The notes beneath the pieces are model-generated. The model made no database searches. It was not told where the DNA came from and saw nothing but the letters and a program-made list of their open reading frames with translations. Shown in pieces: positions 11,773 to 22,945 of a DNA stretch of 64,000 bases. The translations under genes were made by a program, and so were the position numbers. Source of the stretch: Paraspadella gotoi (taxonomy: Eukaryota > Animalia > Chaetognatha); NCBI GenBank assembly GCA_051294375.1, contig CM119270.1, positions 2,393,273 through 2,457,272 on the forward strand, read 5' to 3'. The first letter of the stretch is position 1; every line of letters begins with the position of its first letter.

Positions 11773-14700
11773 TCATTCTTCGACGCAACCAAATGTACCA
11801 GGAGCTGATTTATAACCAGCTGGACATTTTTCACAATAATTTCCATGAAGTCTCGGAACGGATCCTTGTGGACACTTCGTGCATGGCGAAAGGTGAGAAA
11901 GTTCTTTGGCTCGATCGTAGTAATGTTTCTTTTTGTTGACGCAACATTCCGCGGCTTTTTTCTCCATTGGTTCCTCCGATCTTTTCAAAAGTTTTCTGTC
12001 CGTTTGACACATTTTGATCTGCGCTTTGAGATAAAGCGGAGTTTCTGGAAACATTTGCGGAATTACGCGAATCTGGTGGAAATCAAATTCTATTTTCCAC
12101 TTGGACATTAGATTTGGAAATATGGGACCGTCGAAACTTCCCGGTTTAATCACGCAGAGTTTGTCGAATTTCTCTGGGCAGAAGGGCAAATCGTAGGGAC
12201 TCTCTCGTAAATCCGGACAAGTAACGTCATTCAACGTCATGCGGGTTTGCAAGTTGACCGGTTCCTCGATCGTGTATGGAATTCCGTTCAGCCGAGTTTC
12301 TAACATTGTCATGGTAGTGGAAATCTCTGCTCTCTTATCGATGGTAAACGGGAAAGGATAAATTGACATTTCTGTGATGAAGAAAGGCCAGTTTTTATTG
12401 ATTTGATCCTGAGTAAGCCATCCGTTATCAACCAACCATTTTTTGTTGGGCACTTGGAAGAACAATGAGCTCTTTTTATCCTTATTCAACACTGCCATAA
12501 CTGAAAAAAGATTCAGGGTACCATTAGGTAACTTTTTGTTGTCTTTCGATACTCCCACGGGTATATCGACTGTTTTATGAATGATTTGGCTCTTGGGACA
12601 TGCCACATCCGCTCCTGGCTGAAAACCGGTATAATCAATTAATCCTAGCATACTCTCGTCTGGATTTTTCTTCAATTTTTTACAGACTGGCCTTTCGATG
12701 CCATGCTCCATGTATGTTTGCATGTGACAAGCGTCGTGGATGAGAGTAAGTTTATGATTACGCATGAGAGCGAAGGCATTAAACTTAGCTATTTCCAAGT
12801 CGACTTCTTCCGATAAACTGAACTTAAATCTTTCCCCTAATTTTTTAGCAGAGTCCTGAGCCAATTTTGCGGCAGCTATCGCTTTTATTACTCCATCATA
12901 GTCCTCTTCAGTTTCCGCTAATTTCTCGTAATAATGGGTTAAAACGGCAAACTCTTCTTTAGCTTTGGGACAGACTCCTTCTCTAACGCCTTTGGATTGA
13001 GCCATTCCGCTCAGCATGCTTCCTCCCTCGGAGAATAACTCGCAGGTTTTATCGACGACAAATTCTAATTTCGCGAGCATTCTCGCGGAATCAGCCGATT
13101 GGAAAGAAAGCGTCACGTCGTTGCCAACGGTGACGACTCTCTTGGCGTCTTCCAAATTGATGCGTCCGCCAGCTCCCGCCTTTGCGATATTGGCCATTGA
13201 TTGGTATAAAGCTTCATTTTTGTCCACGTTTTCTCTAATATTGTTGCCCAACTTTTTAATCTTTGGAAGCTCATCTTTCAAAAATTTTAACCATTCGATG
13301 TTGACGGCCGCCCTGGTTGCCCGACCGAGTTCGGCATTGAGCTGAATTGCCGAATCGGCGTAGTCGCCCGGCCCCATCTCAACTTTTTTGAAGGATAACA
13401 TAGCTAAAACCACCATGGCTAATGCATCAGCCAGCTCTGTTTCGACGCTGACAGTCGCTGCCTTGAACAACTCATTGACGCGCAGGCTTACTGCAGTGCC
13501 TGTGATGTCGAGCTGTTTTTCATAAAAAGCCCAGTTAGTTTTTAAAACTATGTAATCAGCGTTGAGCTTTTCCGTGTCAAACTCGGCAATTTTGGAGAAA
13601 TATTTGGATAACTCTCGCTGAAACTTTCCAATTGTCAGCTTCAGATCTCCTAATTTTAATCTCAACTGGTTAAAGTTGTCTTTCATGTATTCGTGCTTGA
13701 GTCTTTCAGCATAGTTGATTTTCATAGATAGAATTGGTCTGGGACTCGGTTGTTTCAGCATCAGAATCGCATCCTCAAAGAAAGCTTTGATACTACAGTA
13801 TTCTTTATAATCGGGAAGCCCTTTACTGCAATCCCAGCGATAGCAGGTCTTCAATAAACTAGCCTTTGCTTCTTTTACCGAAGCTAAGATATCATCAACC
13901 GAGGGCGACATTCGAACCATTTTAAGTATTTTCATCAGCATCGGTGGGGTGCATTTAGCGCATTCAACTCCTACAGCGCGACTGCAGCTTGGGCCGACAC
14001 TCATTGAACATTTCGCGATGGAATCTTCTCTTCCATCGTAACAACGAGTGTTTTTAATGTTAAATTTACCATAATGACTCTTTGTATGAGTTTTATAAAC
14101 GGGAACTATGCCGTCTCGCTTTTCAAATTCCTTTCCTTTTATAGTGTTACACAGAACGGCACTTTCTTTTGGCCCCCAGTTCTCATTACAAAAGTAATAA
14201 TAGCCAACCCTAACTATCCAATCGCTCTGGTGAACCAATAGCTTTGGATCTATGCAAGTGGCACCGGCTTGGCCATTAGGCCCGCAATAGTTACTTGTTT
14301 TAAAATCGCAAAGAGGCAACTTGGAATCGAATCTGTCGCAAACAACATCTGACATGATAAAATCGTCCCTTACAAATCCGTAATAACCTCCACTATGGGG
14401 GATGGCCTTTGTCTTATCGCTAAATCCCGCCGATCTGCAGGCGACATATGCATCAGTTTCTCCCCAGCGAGTATCACAGATTGGGCGTCCACCAACGATC
14501 ACGGTTCCTTCCATCTTGGTTCCTTTGTTTTTTACTGAATTTAAAAAAAAAGAAAAAATGATGAGATAATTTGGAATTTTACGATTAATTTAATTTTAAT
14601 TTTCTTATACAAAATTAGGCTAAATGATAAAAAAATTAAAAATTAAACAAAATTTGTTTATGGCTACCACGAGTGGATCAAACTACACAACTGAATACAA

Positions 14701-17601
14701 GGACGTGATAGGCTTGGGGGATATTCCCTATTGGCAAACTGTTTGCAGTTTATTTCGAAATATATATTTTTATAGTTGCTGAAATATATTCTAACTGACT
14801 TCTTACCTGTGCAAGCTTTCGAGATCCGGCAATAGGCTCCATTGTCACCTATAATGCATTTAAAAATACATTTTTAATTTATATACATGTAGGTTTTATA
14901 TATAAATGTATTGATAATTGCTCTTTTTTAATATGCTTACCATCACATTTTGCTTTTGTTACTTCGCATTTTGCGTTGGAAGCTAAAAAAAAAAACGAGT
15001 TGTTAAATATTTACATATGCTGTGCATAAGTATAACTATAACTATAAAGAATTGATAGCAATATTGATTTGATAATCAAGAGAATTACCTGAAGCCTGAT
15101 TCGAGCATCTTCCTGAAGTCATACTGAACCACGTATAAGGGAAAGGATTTTTGGCAGTGATTGACTTCTTCAAATAACAGATCGTGAATGCTCCATAATA
15201 TGAATATCCTTTTTTAATAAAAATATTATCAAAATATTTGTTAGAATACTTTAAAACGAGTGAAATAATTTCATCTCTGATTTGTTTACCTACGCAACGA
15301 GAATCACTTCCACATTGTTGTTTACATTGATTCAAGGAGATTCCAACCCTTGCAGCAACATCTCCCCCGGCAAAGACAACATTTGCCTCCTCGTCATAGC
15401 ATCCTTCGGTCAAATATATGTATAGAAATGTACATATATGTATAATTAACAGAAACTCATCAGTACATTTGAGTTTTTTTTAAAGTAAATATTATTGACA
15501 ACATTTGAGCTGTTTCAGACAGAAAAGTCATAATTGCCATTTGGATTTTGAAATTTAAATTTTAAAATTTAAAATTTTGTATTTAGAATTTAAAATTTAG
15601 AAATAATTATTTAAATTTAAAAATTTAAAATTTAAAAATTATAAATTAGTATCAAATTATAATATTTTGAATTTTAAATTTTGTAAATATTTTAAAACCA
15701 AGGAACTCACGATAAGACGTTCGGAATCGGACTTTCTTGCAATGATTCTGGAATTTCCGGATGCCGGTCGAACTTCCCCACCAATTTGCTCCCGTCTTCC
15801 ATTTGGGCAGAATGATGTGGGGGTCAAGAGGTGTGGTCCCTCTCATAGGAATAATGGAATGACGTTGACTCCAAGTCCCAAAGGAAAGAAACTTCTGCGC
15901 ATCAACCAATTTCCGAGTAATGCCAATAATTCCGTCATTGTTTGCAGCGCAGTACCAGTAGTGATTAAAATCTGGGAATGAGAGATACGGAAAAAAAAAC
16001 GTTGTAATGATGAATGATATTCTTTTTCGAGGTTTTTTTTTTATCAGTCCAAACCTCGAGATCCATCCACGGTGATCAACGCCGTGTCCTGATCTTCAGG
16101 ATTGAGCTTTTTGCAATTTTTTTCATCTTCCCAATTTCCACAATCGTTGATGCCATTGCATCCGTGAACTTTGGGATTGAAGCACATTCTCGACGGCCAC
16201 CCGCTGCAAAGTTAATTATCTAAGTGATGCACTTACTTGTGTCTGGGAGCTACGACCAGTGAAATAAAAAATTTTAAAGTAGACAAAAATAAAGTATAAA
16301 GTACGCTAAATTGTCCTACTTGCTCATTCGCACGTTGCACACTTTCCAACCAGAAGGACAGATGCATCTTTGAACGTTGCGATAGAGTTCATCTCCTCCG
16401 CACTCGTAAACTGCACCATGGCTTCTCTTGCAGCGGCATTTTTGATTTTCTCTGTTTTAATGTTGAGACAAAAAAAGGGATGTGTTTATTTTGTAATATT
16501 GTGTAGCCTAAATGCAGCAGACTTGAATATGCTGTACATATGTTTACTAACCAATCGAGAAGCGCCAATAATTGTGAAAAAAATCAGCTTTCACTATCTA
16601 TAAAATATAACAAATTAAACAAACACTTTTACTTGGACTAACCTTGTATAAATTTAAACTATTTTTGATTGGTTGATTTATAAACGGACAAATTAAAAAA
16701 AATTTAAGAAAGGACCTTGCTAAAAATGGCTCTCAAAATAAGGATGAATAAAAAAGCAGTTTTTATCACGTCTGCACACCATATATAGTTTTATACAGTT
16801 CTATTGTATTCGATAGTAAAATCCATAAAAAAATTCATAAGGTCCCTATTTTAACTGTTTCCCAGGACGGGTCTTCACAACTTAAAAAATGATTGTTGAC
16901 CTGATTGAGAACTCGCAAAGCGCATCGTTGATGCTCGCCCATGAGCAAGAGACCTCGGCCCTCTCTTCCCAAGAGCAAGTGTTCGTGCAGCACAATTCTT
17001 CCAATTCTTCTTTGTCTTCGCTGCTGCAACTTCCTCGCTTTTTTCTGCGGAATTAAAAAGTCAGAAAGAAAAATGTTTGTTGTGAGAGAGACAGACAGAC
17101 AGACAGTCAGACTGTTGGTGATTGTACGAGGGCCTTGTTTCATCAATGCACCATTTAAATAAAAAAGATCGGAATTAAGGTTAGTTTTTTTAGGTTTAAA
17201 AATTAGGTTATACTTATAGATTTGCTTAAAATTTGTTTTAGGATTAGGGTTAGTGATTGGGGTTTAGGATTATAAGATAAGGTTAGGGAGGTGAGGGATT
17301 AAGGATTAGCTTAGGGATTAGGGTTAGGAATTAAGGATTAGCTTAGTTATTTGGATTAGTAATTAAGGATTAGCTTAGGGATTAGGGTTAGGGATTGGGT
17401 TAAGTATTTGACAAGAGATTTGTGTTGGATATTGAGGTTAACATCAAGTTTAGAAATTATGAACACAAATAGGAGGCTTTTAGAAAATAGTGCCCCATGA
17501 TAGAACCATGATCCTATTACCAACAATTTTTTTTAACTAAGCCATAATTTTAAACTTTAATTAATATGTCGATTGTGTTACTGTATTGTTACTAGAAAGG
17601 A

Positions 17602-17646
<45 letters not shown>

Positions 17647-17863
17647 TTTATCACCTGTCGAGGAAACTTGTCGCTTGTTTTTTGTTCAGGGTGAACATCC
17701 CGGGAAGACCGCGTTTTGTTCCATTTCTTTTGCCTATGATTTATACATTATACCCGGATGTTATTGAAATGCAATGGAATGGGTCGTAATACAAAACAAT
17801 ATTACCTGCTGCAGGATTTTGTAGTGCAAGGAAGCACAAAAGCGCGTAAAACCAAACTCGCAT
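11773..17863 (-). CDS. Secreted 1300-aa mosaic protein: signal peptide, Gla-type propeptide, Gla-like module, LDLa, PAN/apple, 2x SRCR, long alpha-helical region, beta-rich domain, C-terminal CxxC/CPxG Cys-rich repeat
   Basis: 11 GT-AG exons in phase, 3903 nt in total: 17863-17806, 17733-17655, 17044-16901, 16451-16320, 16203-16055, 15971-15711, 15403-15290, 15208-15089, 14982-14941, 14848-14807, 14534-11773. Motifs: MRVWFYALLCFLAL; FTLNKKQATSFLDRKKR; LEELCCTNTCSWEERAEV; GCNGINDCGNWEDEKNC (LDLa); SLNQCKQQCGSDSRCVGYSY..CYLK (PAN); EGTV..GGRPICDTRWG..DA.VACR..GF (SRCR); CTKCPQGS...CEKCPAGY. Confidence 0.92.
17240..17405 (+). repeat. Degenerate (TTAGGG)-like interstitial repeat in intron 2; similar tract at 21957-22042
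   Basis: Repeated ttagggattagggttagg variants. Confidence 0.75.
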
Positions 17864-18319
17864 TTCTCAGCGGGAATGCGTCGCATGCCTTCAGAATGAA
17901 AAATAACAATTTAAAATTATTTTTTTTTTAGATTTTAAAATTTTAAATTAGTGAAATATTTTATTTCAAAATTTTTTTAAAACTTATTTTATTTATATTC
18001 ATTATTAATATTTATTAATATTTATTATTAATATTTATTAACTAAGACTAATTCGAACTATTTGAAATTCCAACTTACGAGAAAAAAAAATGAGATAGGA
18101 TTAGTGTTTCGGGTTTCCAAGGTGAATCTGTTTTATATACACGTTTAACCTCGGGGACAGATCGTTAATCCTCGCTCACGAACCGGATATCGAAGGTTGC
18201 CTCAGAGTTGATGGATCCAGTTTCTAGTAAAACGATTTCGAGAAAGAAAATTCGGACCTTTTAGATCTTTCGGGTTCACTAAGTGGGTCAAAGATATTCT
18301 GTCATATAATTAAAATTCT

Positions 18320-18481
18320 GGTAATAACCTTTCTTTTTTCGTTGTTATATGTATTGAGGCAAAATGGTTTTGGTTTACAACGAATTTTATTTTTCATAGA
18401 AAACGTACATGTTTCGGCTTTAGATGCATGTACGTTTTCTATGAAAAATAAAATTCGTTGTAAACCAAAACCATTTTGCCT
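18320..18481. mobile_element. Penelope-like truncated insertion with perfect 55-bp inverted repeat and partial hammerhead
   Basis: Arms 18357-18411 and 18427-18481 are exact reverse complements; contains the catgtttcggc hammerhead end and the aaattcgttgtaaaccaaaa flank shared with the 5003 and 51510 copies; flanked by the 13-bp direct repeat taattaaaattct (18307-18319, 18482-18494). Confidence 0.65.
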
Positions 18482-18939
18482 TAATTAAAATTCTTTACTA
18501 ATTCGTATTACAAACGACTATAAAAATTTCAAGAGAGAAAAAAAAATCATTTTTGTAGACACATTGTGTTTAAAACGTTAAATATTTTTTTTTTATTATT
18601 TACAAGCAATTATTATTATTTTTTTTTTTTTGAAAGCGACGAATAAGTTTCGGCTTCATTATACTAGTACAGAAACAAACCAACAAAAGCGAGTCTTTTT
18701 AATCAGTGATTATAAAAGGCATTTAAAGAAATGCAATGACCTTCACCTTAAAATTCGGGACATCGACTCCGAAACTCAGGATTTAAGAATCTCATTCGTG
18801 ATGAAAAGAAAAAAAGATTTTGGAAGAAAAACAACCGCGAGAATAAATTTAAATTACGCTTTTTGACGGTAGTTTTTTCATGTTCTGTCACATACTTTTT
18901 GACGGTAACTTTTCATGTTCTGTCGCATACTTTTAATCA

Positions 18940-19180
18940 TGGAGTTGTGGCGAATCCTAAATTCGTCTCCCGTATAGCTTGACGAAACTCAGCTCGTCAC
19001 CTTCGCCAATCGTGAGTTCCAGGTTCAATCCCCTTATGGTCACGCTGGATAAAGTGTGATGGTGTTGGCGTAAACACGCCTGTGACATGAGGTGGTCACT
19101 GCAGTTCCAAAGCCCTGAGCGCCAGCTGTTGGGAGATGCCTCACACCCCGGCCATGACACATGTGCCCCCGTTGCCATAG
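18940..19180 (+). mobile_element. tRNA-headed SINE-like element, family 3
   Basis: B-box ggttcaatccc (about 19022); body and 3' end cccgttgccatag shared with 22740-22945. Confidence 0.75.
19044..19126 (+). ncRNA. Twister ribozyme, P5-type permutation (family 3)
   Basis: P5 gctgg/ccagc; GTGT-G-A-TGG-tgttggcg-T^AA-ACAC-GC-[ctgtgac..gtcactg]-cagt-TCCAAAGC-cctg; P2 GTGT/ACAC, T1 TGG/CCA, T2 GC/GC; one P4 mismatch. Confidence 0.82.
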
Positions 19181-19439
19181 AGTCTTCAATTTTTAGTCAT
19201 TAGATCCTAGGACAAAACGTTTAATCTTAAATGTTTACTCTCAAATGTAAACTTATACTTATCTACAATCGGTTTTAATGTCACCTCATGTATAAATGTA
19301 AACCTATGCAACAATTGATTTAAATGTCGACTCAAGAACAAATGTAAACCTATCGGTTTTAATGTGAGTATAAAAGTAAACCTATGTAAACCTAAGTAAA
19401 CAATTCAAGATGGTATGGTGGACTAAAATCCACCAACTG

Positions 19440-19606
19440 TTCATCAGCGGTCATTGGTGCCAGAGGCAAGTCAACCTCCCAACCCAAAGGTCCGGGGTTC
19501 TAGCCCGGTGGCCGCATAGCAGTTAAGAGGGACGATGTGCTTAACCCGCCTGTAACACGGTGTTACAGTCTGATCCGAAGCTCAGGGACTGCTTATATTG
19601 AACGGT
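19440..19606 (+). mobile_element. tRNA-headed SINE-like element, family 2, with P5-type twister variant (19519-19592)
   Basis: cctcccaacccaaagg..ggttc head shared with 51232-51400; gcagt..GAGG-G-A-CGA-tgtgct-TAA-CCC-GC-[ctgtaac..gttacag]-t-ctga-TCCGAAGC-tcag..actgc. Confidence 0.75.
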
Positions 19607-21102
19607 TCTGTCATTAACACTTATCAATAATTACTGTCTCTTCAATGGTATTTTTCTTCAACTGAACATCGTTGTCCTTCACCCAGGATATTCGGTCTTC
19701 GACCCTAGGAACTTGATTTTTAAATCCAATGTCACGTCTAAAGATAATTTAATTTGATCGGATTTTCTTCGGTGGGTCATTAAGCAAATTAAGTTTAAAT
19801 TAAAAACTGGTCTTCATGAGAAGAAACCGCATAAATGAGAAAGATTTTTTCCCAGCTTAATTTAGGAACCTGAAATACTTCGGTCTCGAAATTTTCTTTT
19901 ATTTAAAAGGTCATGTCCATGTGGTAGATTTTTTTTTTAAATAAAGAAAGGCTATATTTAAATATACGTTTAATTTATTCAGTATTGTAAAAATATGATT
20001 ATGACGTAAACAAGGCAAGAAGTAACTTTAGAAAACAATGGGAAGCATTTCTCAATAAAATAAGCACAAATGGAACTCTCGCATCCACGCGCATCATGTC
20101 GAAAATGTATCGTCCAGTTGTTATAATCAAAATTGTAAGTTGGGTTATCAATAAAAGTCTAGATTTTCATAGTAATTCGAGAAATATCTCCTACGGCCTC
20201 CGACGTACAATATTTAAGATAAGAATTTGTAATTTGGATGTTGGTGCCAAATCGTTTTGTCAGAATACTCTGGTGCAACTTAAAGAAATCTCGGCCCAGT
20301 ATTTTTAGAGTGATAAGACGACAGTTTTACCAAAGAACAAAGCGATAAAACGACCTTAAAATTGCCCGAAATATAAACCCGACAAAACTCGTCCGTCGAC
20401 CACTTTCCTTTCATCCTTGAAAACTCCTTTGCCGCCTTCGCCGCGGCCTCCGCCACCTCCGCCGCCGCCGCCGCCGCCGCCGCAGCCCGCCCCGACCTTC
20501 GCCTTTCCATCTTTTCGAATCCAAATCTCAAGAAGAAAAACGAGTTTTTGCTTCGCGACTGTTTTTCCCTTTTCGTCTCTCTGATTCTCACGGAACCAGA
20601 GAAGATGAAGTCAGCGGGAAGCCATTCGTTTCTTGGAGCATCTGAGGAGTGTAGCCTTTTCTTTGGACTTTGCTGTGGTAGTTTTTGCGGTATTTAGTGT
20701 GACCTTGTGTGCTTAGTATGGTTTTTAGTGGGTCTTTAATATTCTCTGCTGTTTTATTGTCCTTTAACTCTTTAATGCAATTTGATTTACGAATGACTAC
20801 AACATCTTGAGACATTAAATTACCTTTGAAATAAAACTTTATTAATCGTTATTTTTCCAACGAGATGACCAAAAATAAAAAACAAAAATAAAAAAAAAAT
20901 AAAAAAAAATACATTTAAAAAAAAAATAAGAAAGCTTCCAAGTCCGTGACGTCATCTCCGTTAAAAACAAGACGACGCCAATGACCGCGGGTGCCAATCG
21001 TGCGGCGCCGATGAATACGTGTGCCGGCACCTGCGGCTCTGCATCGCTCTCTCTTTCTCTCTCTCTAGCTATCTATCTATCTATCTATCTATCTTTCTAT
21101 TC

Positions 21103-21210
<108 letters not shown>

Positions 21211-21334
21211 GCCATCGACTAAAATAAACAACCTGGGAAAGCAGAAATCCCGTTCTCAATTCTCGATCCATCCTTCAGACTTCAGACTTCCGTCTTTTTA
21301 GTCCTTCACCTTTCTTCTTTCATTCATGGCTTTT

Positions 21335-21720
21335 CTTGGTCGTCGTTCGTCGTTGTCGTCGTGACAATCGTCGTCAGTGTCACCGTCGTCTTCCTCATCC
21401 TCGTCGTTGTCGACGTCGTCATTGTCGTCGTCGTCATTGGTCGTCGTCTTCCTCGTCGTTCTTTTTGTCGTCCTTTTAGTCATCGTTGTTGTCATCTTTA
21501 GTTGTCAGTGTCATCGTCAACAGCGTCGTTGTTGTCATCATCGCCGTCTTCCTTGTTGTCGTAATTGACGTCTTTATCATCGACGTAGTCATTGTCATCA
21601 GTGTCATCTTTGTCATCAGTGTCGTCGTCGTCGTCTCCGTCATCGTTCTTGAATCTTGTCCTCGTCCTTGTGGTCGTCGTTGTCGTTGTCGTCGTCTTTC
21701 TCGTCTTTTTGGTCTTCATT
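21335..21720. repeat. (GTC/ATC)n degenerate trinucleotide tract; complementary-type tract at 26130-26680
   Basis: Direct reading; produces poly-D/T/V/S ORFs in all frames. Confidence 0.9.
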
Positions 21721-22041
21721 ATTACTGTCTGTCCGTTGGTCTGTTCCAATTATGTTTTAAAAGCTTATGTAACTCGAGTAATTAAGTTCTTATTTGGTAT
21801 AAAGGTTGGGTACTATAAGAACTTTAATGCGCATATGTATCAAATTGAGCAGTCACGTGATCTCTTAAAAAAGTGATCAGATGACCCAACATTCAATGCG
21901 GCTTAAATTTGGGACGAGGAATCTGAGCGACTGCTTGATTTTAAAGAAATCATTTCAGATTAGGTTAGAGTTTAGGAGTAAGGATCAGGTTAGGGATTAG
22001 GGTTAGAGATTAGGTTAGTGATAAGGGACAGGGATTAGGGT

Positions 22042-22326
22042 TGTAGTCGGGCATTGCCTAGGTTCACCCCGCCTATAAGCATGACATTTTCAGTTGTGAC
22101 CCGGTGGCTCATTGAGTAAAGCCATCAGTTCATGACCACTAGGTACCGGGTTCAATCCCAACCCGCTACCTACCCTGCGGGAAGTGTCAGGACGGCCGTA
22201 AGCCACCTTAGGGGTGTGGCAAATCCTCAAGCCTGGTTCCAAGACCAGGACCCGTTCCATGGCTGCTATAGGGGGTTATAGAAGTTATGGATAGTCAACT
22301 TCAGCCTACTTAGCGCCTTATCCACA
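22042..22326 (+). mobile_element. tRNA-headed SINE-like element, family 1, with mutated twister (22178-22254)
   Basis: A-box-like cggtggctcattg, B-box ggttcaatccc; GTGT-C-A-GGA-CGGCCG-TAA-GCC-AC...cctgg-TTCCAAGA-ccagg; homologous to 4225-4498 and 46125-46365. Confidence 0.8.
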
Positions 22327-22464
22327 GGGTTAGAAACCAAGATTTAGTCAGAGATGAGGGTTTTATGGGTTTAGGATTTTGTATTTTGACTTTCTTTTTG
22401 CTATTTAAAAATAGTTTAGAGATGAAACGAAAAATTCGTTGTAATAGCAATTTTTATTTGATTA

Positions 22465-22510
22465 TTGTACATGTTTTGACTCTTAGTATTGCGAGTCTTC
22501 ATCAGGTTTA
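22465..22510 (-). ncRNA. Degenerate minimal hammerhead (GAAA changed to AAAA, probably inactive)
   Basis: Minus strand: CTGATGA-a-gactc(gcaatactaa)gagtc-AAAA-catg-TA; stem II intact, core and stem I decayed. Confidence 0.6.
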
Positions 22511-22535
22511 GCATTAAAATTGGTTGCAGCGATTT

Positions 22536-22685
22536 AGATTAGAAATCGGTCGGTTTTGGAAATGAGAGCGATTAAGATTAGAAATGGGTCGGTTTTGGAA
22601 AAGCGAACGCGAGCGAGCAAGATTAGAAATGGGTCGGTTTTGGAAAAGATAGCGATTAAGATAAGAAATGGGTCGGTTTTGGAAA
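22536..22685. repeat. Four 39-45 bp tandem units (gattagaaatgggtcggttttggaaa core)
   Basis: Direct reading. Confidence 0.9.
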
Positions 22686-22739
22686 AAAGAGCGCCCTGTG
22701 GCAGCAAGACTTAAAGCTGCCTCACTGCTGTCCGTCCTC

Positions 22740-22945
22740 AGCCTCGTCTCAATGGCTGAGCAGGCTAAATCATCTCATTCCATCCGTGCGTCCCGGGTTC
22801 AATCCCCGGTTCTGGCTTAAATGTGACGGTGCCGGTATAAACATGCCAGTGACAGGAGGCGGTCACTGAGGGTCCGCAGCCCCTACGCCAGTTGGTGAGA
22901 TACCCCGCGCCCCGGGTATCACAGGCTATCCTCCCGTTGCCATAG
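22740..22945 (+). mobile_element. tRNA-headed SINE-like element, family 3
   Basis: A-box-like tggctgagcagg, B-box ggttcaatccc, body homologous to 18940-19180. Confidence 0.8.
22812..22891 (+). ncRNA. Twister ribozyme, P5-type permutation (family 3; all stems intact)
   Basis: P5 ctggc/gccag; ATGT-G-A-CGG-tgccggta-T^AA-ACAT-GC-[cagtgac..gtcactg]-AGGG-TCCGCAGC-CCCT; P2 ATGT/ACAT, T1 CGG/CCG, T2 GC/GC, P4 AGGG/CCCT; one conserved loop A is C. Predicted cut at 22838/22839. Confidence 0.85.

Noticed and set aside
11845-13345. Plus-strand ORFs of 88 and 109 aa
   Set aside because: Antisense shadows of the large minus-strand exon.
16237-16249. Possible 13-nt microexon (ag CTCCCAGACACAA gtaagt on the minus strand)
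   Set aside because: Flanking exons already join in phase; inclusion would frameshift and leave a 33-nt intron.
17240-17405. Telomere or chromosome-fusion site
   Set aside because: Short, degenerate, single orientation and intronic.
18941-18990. HDV-like ribozyme candidate (GAGTTGT/ATAGCTT P1)
   Set aside because: P3 and P2 cannot be formed and the motif is not conserved in the other family 3 copy.
20280-21030. Minus-strand ORFs including a poly-Ala stretch
   Set aside because: Driven by (GCC)n; no recognisable domain or consistent splice chain.
22095-22170. Functional tRNA genes at the element heads (also 19445, 22745, 51240)
   Set aside because: A/B boxes are present but there is no complete cloverleaf; each continues into a shared repeat body.
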